64,000 nucleotides of DNA from Trichococcus sp. (lineage in GTDB: Bacteria > Bacillota > Bacilli > Lactobacillales > Aerococcaceae). The notes under the pieces were generated by a model. The model ran no database searches, was not told the DNA's origin, and saw nothing but the letters and a program-made list of their open reading frames with translations. The stretch lies in contig JASKKA010000002.1 in the NCBI GenBank assembly GCA_030153215.1, positions 20,165 through 84,164 of the forward strand, read 5' to 3'. The translations under genes were made by a program, and so were the position numbers. The number at the start of each line of letters is the position of its first letter. Position 1 is the first letter of the stretch. Below are positions 8,517-18,872 of the stretch, in pieces.

Positions 8517-11175
8517 ATTTTTTACGATATTTTTTAATGAATAGGGCACCAACGATTGATGCGCCTGTGATTGACAATCCGGTCATCAGATAAGGGGTGC
8601 GGTATGTCAGCTCAATGGAATGGTCGCCTGCGCTGATTGGTATGGCCAGCAAGCCTTCCAGAGCGGTTGTCGTTTCAGCAACTTCCCCGTCAAGCATGAC
8701 TTTCCACCCTGCGCTGTAGGGGATCGTCGTGAGCAGTACTTCATCATCATTCTCGATCGCGACCGAGCCTGTGATGTGGGTCTGGCTGAAAGAGTTGATC
8801 ATCATGCCTTCCGCTTGACGCCCAGAAATGGTCTCCTCGAACAAGTTTTTATTCAGCTCGTAAAGTTTCAGATCCTGCACACGGATCGAGTCCTCAAGCA
8901 GCTCAATCGTGAAGGTGATGTTTTCTCCTTGCTGATTGCTTGCGATATTGATGACCTGGTCGTTGCGGTAAGTCGTATAATAGTCCAACTTGACATTATT
9001 CACATAAAGGGTTGCGTTATCATCGTCGATGCCGGCATCCAGGATCAGATAATACGGATTATCGCTGACAGGAGTGAACTGGAATTCGATCCTTGAGATC
9101 GCACCATCTACAGACCGGTAATAGGTTGTATTTTGCGCATCCCCGGCAGCTGAGGTGACATTCTGGAAAACGTTGGAATCGAACGGACGCAATGAAAAAT
9201 AAGGTTCGATGCTTTCTTGATTATTGAAAGCGTCCAATAGCTGTTCCTGCATCAATATTGGTTGATCCTCTATCAATTCAAGATCCAATACGCTTTTGGA
9301 GACACCAAATGCCAATGGCAATGCATATGGATTTTCAAAAGTTGTTGACCTATTCGTTTCTGAGTAGAAACTGTACTGGGCCAAATCCGGACGTGTGGAA
9401 TTGCGGTTCAAACGGTACACGCCGTCATTGATGTCATAAAATGTTTCCGGCAAATTCTTGTCCTGGATAAAATATTTCACGCCGAAGAGCGCATCCGTGA
9501 ACAGGGTCCCGGTTGAATAGACGATAAAGCCGTTCCCATCCGGAAAGCCCAATGACCCGAACAAGGCTGGAATTTCCTTTTCAAATGTGGAACTGAAATG
9601 ATTGATACCTGCATAATTGGCTTGAAAGCTATCGTTTTTGGAGCGCTGGAATGTTTTTTCGATCCGGTAAAATTCCTTTTCGGATGGCCGCACATCAGCA
9701 AGCATCGTATTCAGATTCGACTGATAATCGGCGAATTCATCCTGCTTGACGTAGCCTAATCGAAACAAATCGATGGCTGCATTTGCCGTCATCTCTGCGG
9801 TAACAACGAAAAGCAAAGCGTAGGCCAGCCATTTTCTGGGCTGTTCCCTGAGCATGAACAAAACAAGGACAAGAACAGAGACGGCTGCAGTAATCAATAC
9901 CTGGACAGGATCCAAAAATTCAAAGTCCATTTTCAGCACATAAATGGCTGCAGCTGCATTCGCAATCAAAAGGGAGCAGGCCAGCGGAAATGGGAAAGGG
10001 CGATAGAAGCGCAACGCCCGAAAACCGTTCAACAGGAAAAAGAAGCAAACGGTGAATGAAAAACGGTAAGGGTACCAGATCGGATACTGTCCGGCATGCC
10101 ACATTTTATTCAGAAACTGGACATTCATCGCCAGGAAAAAGATGGCGGTCAGAGCAAGCGAGGTGAACCGTTCTTTTTTAGAAAAAGCAGGATGAAAAAA
10201 ATAATAGATGTACGCGGTCAGAGCTGCAGTGCCGATGAAGAGATTGGGGTGTCCGCTTGGCATCTGGTCAAAATTGAACGCCCCGATATAAAACTTTGAA
10301 ACCACTTCGAGGGGATCGTATGCGAAACTCCAATCGATCAGGTTGTTGGCATAGCTCGCCTTGCTTCCCAAGAGCGAAAAAAAAGTGGGCAGCAACAGTA
10401 CGGCGGCAAAGCCAGCTCCCAGCAAGGAATAGCCGATGAATCGGGCTGATTGCGTCAAGAAATACTTCAGCTGCGCCTTCAGGTTACGCGGACCGACGAC
10501 TTCTAGTCTGGAAAAGGCAAAAGTATAATAGAAGACCAGGAAAACGCTGATCATGAATCCGATGTAATAATTGGAAATCAGCATCACGCCGAGAAATATG
10601 CTGTAGTACAGGCCGTTTTCGCCAGACAACATTTTTTCCAGGCCCAAAATGATCAGAGGGAGGAAAACAAGTCCATCCAGCCACATGACATTCAATTGAT
10701 TGACGATGACGTAACCCATCAAGGCATAGCTCACTGCGAAGGAGGGTACCAATAAACCTTTACCTTCGAAGCGGGAAATCAGCAGATGGGCAAAAGTCAA
10801 TCCCGACGCGGAAACCTTCATGAGGATCAAGACAGTCACCGCCAATGGCAACTGGGACTGCGGGAAAAACAGGAAGATCAGATTGAAGGGACTCATCAGA
10901 TAATAGGCCCATAACCCCAGCATCTCACCGCCGAACGATTTTGTGAACGAAAAGAAAATCGCGGAAGGATCGGACAATAAGGTTGTCCGGTAATAACTGA
11001 AAAAATCAACATATTGCTGGCCGAGATCTACAGTCAGCAAAGTGCTGTTGCCGAAAGGGTAAACGCCCATGGCGGCAAAAATAACCATCATTATAAATAA
11101 AGGCAGTAAGAACGAAAGGGAACGCATATTTTTGTGCGGGGATAGAGTTGTGAAACGCTTCAGCATGCTGCGCAT
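8515..11175 (-). CDS. yfhO: YfhO-family GT-C membrane glycosyltransferase
   Basis: 886 aa, many TMs; VDLGQQY, YYLMSPFN, WLDG, YPYRFSF and TIPYSAGW motifs. Confidence 0.88.
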   Translation of the reverse strand: MRSMLKRFTTLSPHKNMRSLSFLLPLFIMMVIFAAMGVYPFGNSTLLTVDLGQQYVDFFSYYRTTLLSDPSAIFFSFTKSFGGEMLGLWAYYLMSPFNLIFLFFPQSQLPLAVTVLILMKVSASGLTFAHLLISRFEGKGLLVPSFAVSYALMGYVIVNQLNVMWLDGLVFLPLIILGLEKMLSGENGLYYSIFLGVMLISNYYIGFMISVFLVFYYTFAFSRLEVVGPRNLKAQLKYFLTQSARFIGYSLLGAGFAAVLLLPTFFSLLGSKASYANNLIDWSFAYDPLEVVSKFYIGAFNFDQMPSGHPNLFIGTAALTAYIYYFFHPAFSKKERFTSLALTAIFFLAMNVQFLNKMWHAGQYPIWYPYRFSFTVCFFFLLNGFRALRFYRPFPFPLACSLLIANAAAAIYVLKMDFEFLDPVQVLITAAVSVLVLVLFMLREQPRKWLAYALLFVVTAEMTANAAIDLFRLGYVKQDEFADYQSNLNTMLADVRPSEKEFYRIEKTFQRSKNDSFQANYAGINHFSSTFEKEIPALFGSLGFPDGNGFIVYSTGTLFTDALFGVKYFIQDKNLPETFYDINDGVYRLNRNSTRPDLAQYSFYSETNRSTTFENPYALPLAFGVSKSVLDLELIEDQPILMQEQLLDAFNNQESIEPYFSLRPFDSNVFQNVTSAAGDAQNTTYYRSVDGAISRIEFQFTPVSDNPYYLILDAGIDDDNATLYVNNVKLDYYTTYRNDQVINIASNQQGENITFTIELLEDSIRVQDLKLYELNKNLFEETISGRQAEGMMINSFSQTHITGSVAIENDDEVLLTTIPYSAGWKVMLDGEVAETTTALEGLLAIPISAGDHSIELTYRTPYLMTGLSITGASIVGALFIKKYRKK

Positions 11176-11427
11176 TCCTCCTTTGAAAAAAAATTTTTAT
11201 GGCGTTCCTGCAGAGTAGGATGGTCGTTAAGGAGCGTCCGTGATATGTAGAAGCTAAGATTCACAAGTGCTTCTGCTATTTTAGCATATCCCATCAGTTT
11301 TATGAAGAATGCGGGTGTCTGGGGCTATCCGTTGTGGCCACATATTAAAAATTTATTGCTTCGTTTGTAATGCCCCCATTTTTTGCTATAATAGGTTGTT
11401 GAACTATGGTTTTAGGAAGGTGTAAAA

Positions 11428-13476
11428 TTGGAAGATAATACCCAAGGAAAAAGAAAGAGAAAATCGCACATCCCATTTCGCTTGAACCTGCTCTTTTTCA
11501 TTGTGTTCTCGCTGTTTTCCGCAGTGATATTCCGGCTGGGATACCTGCAGATCGTTCGCGGAGATGAATTCGAAGCCATCGTAAAACGCACAGAAACGAC
11601 GCTTGTGACGGAATCGGTGCCGCGCGGTTTGATATATGACAGAGACGGCAACATACTCGTAGGCAACGAACCGCAGCATTCCATAACTTTCACCAGGGGG
11701 GCAAACACGACTGCCGAGGAGATGGCAAAAGTCGCCTCTTTATTGGCGGGGTTGATAAACGTCAGCATTGAAGAACTGACAGAGCGTGACCTGAAGGATT
11801 ATTGGATGGCCGTAAACAACGAAGTCATGCTGGAGCGGCTATCTGATGATGAAAAGCTGTTGCCGGGTTCTGAACTATACGAAGTGGAACTCGCAAAAAT
11901 AACAGCGGAAGACATCGCCTATCCTGATGAAGAAAAAGAAATTGCCGCCATTTTTAAGCGGATGAACAGCGCGTATGCCCTGTCGACCACCAGCATTAAA
12001 AATAAAGATGTTTCGGATGAGGAATTGGCACGGGTGAGTGAAAATTTGTCCGGTTTGTCGGGAGTGGATGTCGCGACTGATTGGGTCAGAATCTACCCCG
12101 AATCCGACTTGCTGAAGAGCATTTTGGGTGGCGTTACCAGCGAAAAAATCGGCTTGCCGAGCGACCAAGTGGCTACTTATTTAGCAAAAGGGTACGCCAG
12201 GAACGACCGCGTCGGAAATTCCTATTTGGAGCAGGAATACGAATCTGTACTTTCAGGTACGAAGTCACAATGGGAAACGATCACGGATCAATCGGGAGAG
12301 GTTGTGACGCGGGAGGAATCCTATGAAGGAAAAGCAGGGGATAACCTGATTCTGACCATCGATATCGATTTTCAGAAGGAGATTGAACAGATCGCAACAG
12401 ATTTCCTGAACAGCAATGTCGATCCTTATAATGACCGTGTTTACATCGTCGCTTCCGACCCGAATACCGGAGAGATTCTGGGTATGACCGGAAAGCAGCG
12501 TTCCACTTCCAACGAAATTGTGGATGATGCATTAGGAGTCATCAATTCCAGTTACGGAATGGGTTCGGTTGTGAAAGGCGCAATGGTGCTGACCGGATAC
12601 ATGAGCGGCGTCATCAGCACGGACAACAACGTCCTCGTCGATGAGCCCTTGCAATTCCAAGGTTCGCTACTGAAAAAATCGGTATTCAACTCAACCGTCG
12701 GAAATCAAGTCGCCATAAACGACATTGAGGCGTTAGCCCGCTCATCGAACATTTACATGATCAAATTAGCAATGTTGATGGGGGGACAATCATCCTATGA
12801 AGCAGGAGGAACTTTGAACATCTCCGCAGATCTGATCGACGAACTGCGCAGCTACTTTGCCCAGTTCGGTTTGGGTGTGAAGACGGGGATCGACCTGCCG
12901 AATGAAGGCAGCGGACTGACCGGTTTCAGTGAAGGGGCGGTCAATGTAATCGACCAATCCTTCGGACAGTACGATCTGTACACGACCCTTCAGTTGACGC
13001 AGTACATCAATACCATTGCCAATGGTGGCACCCGATACGCTCCGCAGCTGGTTTCGGAAATCCGCAGCACGGATGCGAACGGATCGTTGGGCGCTTTGGA
13101 AACCACGCTCGAAACGAAAGTAATGAATCAGGTCGACGTAGATGCAGAAGCAATGGAACGCGTCCAACAAGGATTTTACCAAGTAACCCACAGTGCAGTT
13201 GGAACAGCGTATTCGACATTCGGGAAAGACCCGAACAACGTGGCGGCCAAGACAGGTACGGCAGAGGCCTTCTATGACGGCAACAATGAGAATCTGAAGG
13301 GAGAAAGCGTATTTAACTCCACCTTTGTCGGGTATGCACCATTCGATAATCCGGAAATTACCGTCACCGTTGTGGTCCCTTATCTCAGCACGGATACGGC
13401 ACGGGCTACACCAATCTCCAAAAAAGTCTTTGATGCTTACTTCAACACCGGTGATTACGCAACATCAGCCGAATAA
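11428..13476 (+). CDS. pbpA: class B penicillin-binding protein (PbpA/PBP2-type transpeptidase)
   Basis: N-terminal TM, PRGLIYDR dimerization domain and SVVK (SxxK), SSN (SxN), KTGT motifs. Confidence 0.88.
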   Translation: MEDNTQGKRKRKSHIPFRLNLLFFIVFSLFSAVIFRLGYLQIVRGDEFEAIVKRTETTLVTESVPRGLIYDRDGNILVGNEPQHSITFTRGANTTAEEMAKVASLLAGLINVSIEELTERDLKDYWMAVNNEVMLERLSDDEKLLPGSELYEVELAKITAEDIAYPDEEKEIAAIFKRMNSAYALSTTSIKNKDVSDEELARVSENLSGLSGVDVATDWVRIYPESDLLKSILGGVTSEKIGLPSDQVATYLAKGYARNDRVGNSYLEQEYESVLSGTKSQWETITDQSGEVVTREESYEGKAGDNLILTIDIDFQKEIEQIATDFLNSNVDPYNDRVYIVASDPNTGEILGMTGKQRSTSNEIVDDALGVINSSYGMGSVVKGAMVLTGYMSGVISTDNNVLVDEPLQFQGSLLKKSVFNSTVGNQVAINDIEALARSSNIYMIKLAMLMGGQSSYEAGGTLNISADLIDELRSYFAQFGLGVKTGIDLPNEGSGLTGFSEGAVNVIDQSFGQYDLYTTLQLTQYINTIANGGTRYAPQLVSEIRSTDANGSLGALETTLETKVMNQVDVDAEAMERVQQGFYQVTHSAVGTAYSTFGKDPNNVAAKTGTAEAFYDGNNENLKGESVFNSTFVGYAPFDNPEITVTVVVPYLSTDTARATPISKKVFDAYFNTGDYATSAE

Positions 13477-13478
13477 AC

Positions 13479-13536
13479 AAACAGAAAGTGCCGGACCAAG
13501 GATAGTGAAATCCTTGGTCCGGCACTTTCTGTTTTT
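13479..13536. terminator. perfect 25-bp hairpin, bidirectional terminator
   Basis: AAACAGAAAGTGCCGGACCAAGGAT-agtgaa-ATCCTTGGTCCGGCACTTTCTGTTT. Confidence 0.85.
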
Positions 13537-13546
13537 AAGCGAGTTA

Positions 13547-14053
13547 TCATTCGAGTGTGATGATATCGGCGATGACTTCATAGCCCATATCCTTGGATAA
13601 TTGATACTCTCCTATATTGATCTTTGTGACCAAATTCCGGTCATTCAGATACTGTTCAAATACAGCACGATCGGTAATGAGTCCCGCACTGACCAGGTTG
13701 TCGATAACGACGGACATCGGTTGCCCGGAAGTGATCACAAACGTGACGGGTGTGTTTGCGGCAGGAGCAGCTGAACTTTCAGCAACGCTCGCTGTTTCAG
13801 CTGGAGCACTGGATGCCACTGCAGCTCCATCAGCAGGGGCGCTGCTTGCGGCAGCTTCATTAAGTTGCTTCTGCAACTCCAATTCCGCCAAAGTACTTTC
13901 ATATTTCTCTTGATAATCCGTTGAATCGGCATTTGCTTCTCCGTTGAAGGTGCTGCCAGGGAGTGCTTCCGGATAGAAGATCTGGAAGCCAGCCAACAAC
14001 ACGGCAGACAACAAAAAACCGATGGATATAAAACGAAGCTTTTGTTTGTTCAC
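13547..14053 (-). CDS. YqzC-like membrane-anchored protein (MltG/YceG N-terminal-like C-domain)
   Basis: N-terminal TM, coiled coil, Ala/Ser-rich linker and FVITSG..LVSAGLI..GEY domain; yqzC position next to rpmG. Confidence 0.65.
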   Translation of the reverse strand: MNKQKLRFISIGFLLSAVLLAGFQIFYPEALPGSTFNGEANADSTDYQEKYESTLAELELQKQLNEAAASSAPADGAAVASSAPAETASVAESSAAPAANTPVTFVITSGQPMSVVIDNLVSAGLITDRAVFEQYLNDRNLVTKINIGEYQLSKDMGYEVIADIITLE

Positions 14054-14067
14054 TTTATTTTTCTCCT

Positions 14068-14433
14068 CTATACGATTGATTGCTCTATGTAGTTATCGAC
14101 AACGAGTTGCACGGTGGTGATAGGGACGGACAGTTGCTCTGCAATCTCATCAAACGTTCTTCCGCTTGTATACAAAGTGATGATGTGTTGCTTTGTTAGG
14201 TTGTGTACTTTTTTAACGGTCTGCGAATCTTCGGAAACGGGGATTTCTTTTCCCAATTCCTCTTCCACAGCGATGAGCCGTTGCTTCAATTCATGGATTT
14301 CTTCCGTTAATTGTAATGTGTATTCACTCATCTCATCAGCGAATTTGCGGTCATTATCCTTAACGAAAAATGATGCAAACAGCAATATGATTGCGATTGT
14401 CAATAAGACAATCACGATGGTCCATTGTTCCAT
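14068..14433 (-). CDS. YqzD-like protein (TM + coiled coil + C-terminal HTH)
   Basis: N-terminal TM; C-terminal LYTSGRTFDEIAEQLSVPITTV helix-turn-helix; synteny. Confidence 0.65.
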   Translation of the reverse strand: MEQWTIVIVLLTIAIILLFASFFVKDNDRKFADEMSEYTLQLTEEIHELKQRLIAVEEELGKEIPVSEDSQTVKKVHNLTKQHIITLYTSGRTFDEIAEQLSVPITTVQLVVDNYIEQSIV

Positions 14434-14654
14434 CTATGTCACCTCAATTCTTCTTTTTGACGCCTGATAACATTCTAAAGAAATTCGTTTGTTTCTGCAA
14501 CCTTATCTCGGATTTTATCGGGAGAAAGCTTAAAAAAATCGGACACTGGCATAACTTGTTCAAAAAATAGTGGCATTATTTTTTCATAAGTGATACAATG
14601 AGAAATGCAGAAGATGATTCGATCTTCAATTTTTTTATGTTTGGAGGGAAGAAT

Positions 14655-14804
14655 ATGCGGTTAAATATTACATTGGAATGTACGGAGTGTAAAGAACGTA
14701 ATTACTTATCAAAGAAAAACAAACGTAACAACCCGGACCGTCTTGAAGTGAAAAAATATTGTCCACGTGAAAGACGCGTGACTTTGCATCGTGAAACAAA
14801 ATAA
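14655..14804 (+). CDS. rpmG: 50S ribosomal protein L33
   Basis: [34 protein letters not shown]; GGAGG RBS. Confidence 0.97.
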   Translation: MRLNITLECTECKERNYLSKKNKRNNPDRLEVKKYCPRERRVTLHRETK

Positions 14805-14812
14805 TTAAAATG

Positions 14813-14838
14813 ACAACAGGATATCCTGTTGTTTTTTT
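14813..14838 (+). terminator. rpmG terminator
   Basis: ACAACAGG-ATAT-CCTGTTGT followed by T-tract. Confidence 0.75.
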
Positions 14839-14904
14839 ATTTTATCCGGAAGGATGTATGGTACAGTCGAAACTGCACACCAGACCGCTTGAGGAGGGAT
14901 TCTG

Positions 14905-15450
14905 ATGAAAGAAAAAATAAGAAAAGAAATGCTGAGGAAATTGAGTGATTTGCCATCCCAGGAACGGATCCGGATGGAGCAAGCATTGACGACAGAAGTC
15001 TGCACCAGTGATGAGTGGAAAGCTTCAAAAACGATCGGAGTCACTTGGTCCAATTTCCCGGAAATCGATACGCACAAAATTATCCAAAAGGGGCTTGAAG
15101 AAGGCAAACGGATGGTCATTCCTTATTCCGGCAAGGAGCGTGTGATGACTTTTCATGAATATTTGCCGGATACCGCCATGGCAAGAAGCAAGTTCGGAAT
15201 CATGGAACCAGTCGACAAGAGCAACCCGGTTCCGCCTGGAGAAATCGATCTGCTGCTCGTTCCTGGATTGGCGTTTTCCGATTCTGGTTATCGCGTAGGA
15301 TTCGGCGGGGGCTACTACGATCGCTATCTGGCCGCTTACAAAGGCCAGACCTTGTCGTTGCTGTTCCCGTTCCAATTGTTCAGGGAGCCGAATTGGGAAG
15401 TCGAAGCTTTTGATGTGCCGGTCCAAAAGTTGTTGACAGCATCATTCTAG
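14905..15450 (+). CDS. 5-formyltetrahydrofolate cyclo-ligase
   Basis: IDLLLVPGLAF..GYRVGFGGGYYDRYL motif. Confidence 0.92.
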   Translation: MKEKIRKEMLRKLSDLPSQERIRMEQALTTEVCTSDEWKASKTIGVTWSNFPEIDTHKIIQKGLEEGKRMVIPYSGKERVMTFHEYLPDTAMARSKFGIMEPVDKSNPVPPGEIDLLLVPGLAFSDSGYRVGFGGGYYDRYLAAYKGQTLSLLFPFQLFREPNWEVEAFDVPVQKLLTASF

Positions 15451-15482
15451 TATAAAATAGGATAATAATGAAAGGGAGTGTC

Positions 15483-16184
15483 ATGATGCGGGCATATAAT
15501 ACCAAAAGATCCTACTTACCGGATCATTTCTCTGTAACACATTTGTTTTTGGCCATTCAGATCGGCATTTTCCTGCTGATGACCCTGAACGGCGGCAGCA
15601 CCAATGTGCTTACGCTTATCATGTTTGGAGCCAAATTCAATCCAGCCATCGCCCAAGGGGAGTGGTGGCGCCTGATTGCGCCAATGTTCATCCATATCGG
15701 CTTCACGCATATTCTGATCAACAGCATTACCCTTTATTATTTGGGTACGCAGATGGAAAGCCTCTACGGCTCTTTGCGTTTTGCGCTGATCTATCTCCTA
15801 AGCGGACTGATGGGGAATCTCATGAGTTTCGCTTTCAATGACTCGATTTCCGCCGGAGCAAGCACCTCGCTTTTCGGGCTGTTTGCTGCAGCCATCGTGT
15901 TGGGCCGCCAGTTTCCGTACAACTCAGGTATTCAGCTGATGGCCCGCAATTTTACGATGCTGATTTTTCTGAATTTTTTCTTCGGCTTTTTTGCTTCAGG
16001 AGTCGATAATTTCGGGCATCTTGGTGGGGCACTCGGCGGAGCACTCTCCGCTGTATTCATATCGATGCCGCGCACTGCCAAAAGCCAAAATGGACTAAGA
16101 CTTCTTTTTCTTATCATTTATTTTGTGAGCGCTATATTCTTTGCTTATTTGGGTTTAATGCGGACCGGTTTTGCGTTATACTAG
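15483..16184 (+). CDS. rhomboid intramembrane serine protease (GluP-like)
   Basis: WWRL, HIGFTH..N, GAS catalytic Ser and GHLGG catalytic His. Confidence 0.92.
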   Translation: MMRAYNTKRSYLPDHFSVTHLFLAIQIGIFLLMTLNGGSTNVLTLIMFGAKFNPAIAQGEWWRLIAPMFIHIGFTHILINSITLYYLGTQMESLYGSLRFALIYLLSGLMGNLMSFAFNDSISAGASTSLFGLFAAAIVLGRQFPYNSGIQLMARNFTMLIFLNFFFGFFASGVDNFGHLGGALGGALSAVFISMPRTAKSQNGLRLLFLIIYFVSAIFFAYLGLMRTGFALY

Positions 16185-16213
16185 ATACAAATTGAACAAT
16201 TGGAGGAAATGAC

Positions 16214-17182
16214 ATGTATAAAAAATTTATCGGTATTGATTTAGGCGGCACTTCAGTGAAATTAGCTATCTTAACAGCAGAAGGCGATATCCAGCAAAAA
16301 TGGAGCATCCTTACGGACATCAATGATGAGGGGACGCATATCGTACCTGATATCATTGCTTCAATCAAACATCACCTAGATCTTTATCAACTGACTGCAG
16401 CTGATTTCCAGGGCATCGGCATGGGTTCTCCTGGAGCGGTGGACCGCGAAGCGGGCACTGTCGAAGGTGCCTTCAATCTGAACTGGGAAACACCACAGCC
16501 TGTGCGTGAAATGATCGAGCGGGAAATCGGCATCCCCATTTTCATTGACAATGATGCAAACGTTGCCGCGCTCGGCGAAAAGTGGCGAGGCGCTGGTGCG
16601 GATGACCGCGACGTCGTATTTGTGACACTTGGCACAGGTGTAGGCGGCGGAATCATTGCGGAAGGCAATCTGATCCACGGTACTGCAGGTTCGGGTGGCG
16701 AAATCGGTCACATGACTGTAGAACCGGGCGGGTTTGAATGTACCTGCGGGAAGAAAGGCTGTTTGGAGACTGTTGCCAGCGCAACGGGCGTCGTCAAATT
16801 GGCCCGCAAACATGCGGAAGAATACGCTGGCGATTCACAGCTCAAATTCATCATCGATGATGGACAGGAGATCACTTCCAAAATGATCTTTGACTTGGCG
16901 AAAGAAGGGGACGATTTGGCTATTCTTGTCGTCGACCGGGCTGCCTATTACTTAGGTTTGGCCTGCAGCCATATCGGAAACCTTTTGAATCCGGCTTATA
17001 TCGTCATAGGAGGCGGTGTATCCGCAGCTGGAGAATATCTCTTGGAGCAAGTAAGGGCCTATTTTACTGACTTTTCATTCCCGAACGTCAAGAAGACTAC
17101 GCACATCAAATTGGCCGCGCTTGGGAATGATGCCGGAATAGTGGGAGCAGCCTATCTTGCGCTGACTGAGAGCAGTAAATAA
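16214..17182 (+). CDS. glcK: ROK-family glucokinase
   Basis: IGIDLGGT, DNDANVAALGE, GEIGH and CTCGKKGCLE. Confidence 0.95.
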   Translation: MYKKFIGIDLGGTSVKLAILTAEGDIQQKWSILTDINDEGTHIVPDIIASIKHHLDLYQLTAADFQGIGMGSPGAVDREAGTVEGAFNLNWETPQPVREMIEREIGIPIFIDNDANVAALGEKWRGAGADDRDVVFVTLGTGVGGGIIAEGNLIHGTAGSGGEIGHMTVEPGGFECTCGKKGCLETVASATGVVKLARKHAEEYAGDSQLKFIIDDGQEITSKMIFDLAKEGDDLAILVVDRAAYYLGLACSHIGNLLNPAYIVIGGGVSAAGEYLLEQVRAYFTDFSFPNVKKTTHIKLAALGNDAGIVGAAYLALTESSK

Positions 17183-17248
17183 ATCTACTCATTAGCATGG
17201 GGCCCAGCATATTTTCGGTTAAATAAATGCGGGAGGATGGAGGATGGC

Positions 17249-18334
17249 ATGGGAAAAAGAGGGCTAGTATGGTTCATTCTCTCACTCTCAAGTATGCTTG
17301 CTCTGGCGTCCTGTACGCAACGGCTGCACTATCCCGACGAGTCTGAAGCAAGTGAGCCGAGGCTTTCCTCCAGCATCGGAACCCCATCAATATCCAAGGA
17401 TGAATTCCTTTGTGCTGTGGGCTGGCTGGACGATAGTATTATTCTGGTTGCGCTGGAAAAAAATGGGGAATATGGTCTGTACAGCCTTGACCTGCTCAAT
17501 GGGGAAGAACAGCCGATCCGGGCTTTTTCAGATCGGCTTGTTTTTGCGGCACTTTCCGCAAATGGCCGACGGATACTGGTGCAAGTCGCAAATCAACAGG
17601 GAAGCAACGTCATGATGATCGATAAGGCGGGAAGATTGCTTGCCGACTTCCGTCTGGCTGAAGGGATTTTGACTGACGTTTCCTGGAACCCGACCAATGA
17701 AGGGCAGCTCTTCCTTTCCGTCCAAAAAAAAACGGACAGACCTGTCAATACCCTTTGGAATCTGGCGGAAGGTGAATGCACAGAAATGCCAGATACAGAG
17801 GAAATGCCGGTTTGGTATTCAGAAAATATGTATCTTCATAAGCAAAGCGGATCGGATGACGCTGATGCCCTGGTGTTGAGTGACATTCGCTTTCCCGGCG
17901 AGGACACTGTCATCGATCGGGAAATCCTCGCATATGGACTGGAAGGCGAATCTGTATGGGTGGTGACCCATTCAGATTTCAAGGATGAAGAGTTGCTTGC
18001 CATTTCTTACTACCCGCTTCTGATCTCTCAAGGCTATGTTGCCTTGCCGCGCATCACAAGTGAAAGCGGGCTGGTCATTCCTGAATTCAAAAAAGGGAGC
18101 GACTCGGATGACACATTCGCTATCATCCCAAAACAGAAGTCGGAGAGCATGGGAGGCGTCAGCTTTGAGCTCGCAAAAATCGATTTTTCCGGGAACGTGT
18201 CAGAGACACTGACTGCGGTCGAACGAATGGCTCCGCTCTCCGTTTCGCCGAAAGGGACATATGTGCTTTACGGAGAGCGTTATGAGTATCTGTACGATGT
18301 GGAAGGCGATGGCTGGATACAATTGACGCAATAG
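17249..18334 (+). CDS. YqgU-like lipoprotein (beta-propeller-like)
   Basis: Lipobox LALASC; repeated beta-rich W-containing units; position after glcK as for Bacillus yqgU. Confidence 0.55.
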   Translation: MGKRGLVWFILSLSSMLALASCTQRLHYPDESEASEPRLSSSIGTPSISKDEFLCAVGWLDDSIILVALEKNGEYGLYSLDLLNGEEQPIRAFSDRLVFAALSANGRRILVQVANQQGSNVMMIDKAGRLLADFRLAEGILTDVSWNPTNEGQLFLSVQKKTDRPVNTLWNLAEGECTEMPDTEEMPVWYSENMYLHKQSGSDDADALVLSDIRFPGEDTVIDREILAYGLEGESVWVVTHSDFKDEELLAISYYPLLISQGYVALPRITSESGLVIPEFKKGSDSDDTFAIIPKQKSESMGGVSFELAKIDFSGNVSETLTAVERMAPLSVSPKGTYVLYGERYEYLYDVEGDGWIQLTQ

Positions 18335-18406
18335 AAAAAAAGTCGTTAAAACTGTAGCAATGCGTCTTCCACAAGTGTAAAATATGAGAGCAAGAGTAAG
18401 GAAAGG

Positions 18407-18682
18407 ATGGATCTATTTGAACGTAAAGCGCAATTGATCGATGTCCGTGAAAGAACCGAGTTCGATGCAGGCCACATATTGGGAGCGAGAAATATCGCTT
18501 ATTCGGCTTTCAAACAACGCTATCCAGAAATCCGCAAAGATCAACCGATTTATCTGTATGACCAAAACTCCATGTTGAGCGGACGTTGTGCGGCTATTCT
18601 GAAAAAGAACGGCTACAAAAATATTTTCATCCTGAAAGGCGGCTATGCCGGCTGGGACGGAAAAGTCAAAAAAGGCATCTGA
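18407..18682 (+). CDS. rhodanese-like domain protein (YqhL-like), apparently N-terminally truncated
   Basis: AQLIDVRE..EF..GHILGARNI and LKGGYAGW; 91 aa, no N-terminal TM; Asp at the active-site Cys position. Confidence 0.75.
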   Translation: MDLFERKAQLIDVRERTEFDAGHILGARNIAYSAFKQRYPEIRKDQPIYLYDQNSMLSGRCAAILKKNGYKNIFILKGGYAGWDGKVKKGI

Positions 18683-18691
18683 AACACTCAA

Positions 18692-18735
18692 AAAAAGGTT
18701 CCCGGAATCAGCTTGTGGATTCCGGGAACCTTTTT
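18692..18735. terminator. bidirectional terminator
   Basis: AAAAAGGTTCCCGGAATC..GATTCCGGGAACCTTTTT. Confidence 0.85.
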
Positions 18736-18746
18736 CGATTTGCTCA

Positions 18747-18872
18747 TTACAGATTGATGAATAAAGAATACAGGAGAGAAACGATCGATCCGCCGACCAT
18801 GCCCAAAAGCATAAGCCAAATGATGAATTTGCTGAATTTATTGAATTTTGTAGAACAAGGAAGGAAAGAAAG
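18747..18872 (-). pseudogene. DUF4044-like small membrane protein frame lacking a 5' start
   Basis: Minus strand reads STKFNKFSKFIIWLMLLGMVGGSIVSLLYSLFINL*. There is an in-frame TGA upstream and no start codon before the hydrophobic helix. Confidence 0.5.
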
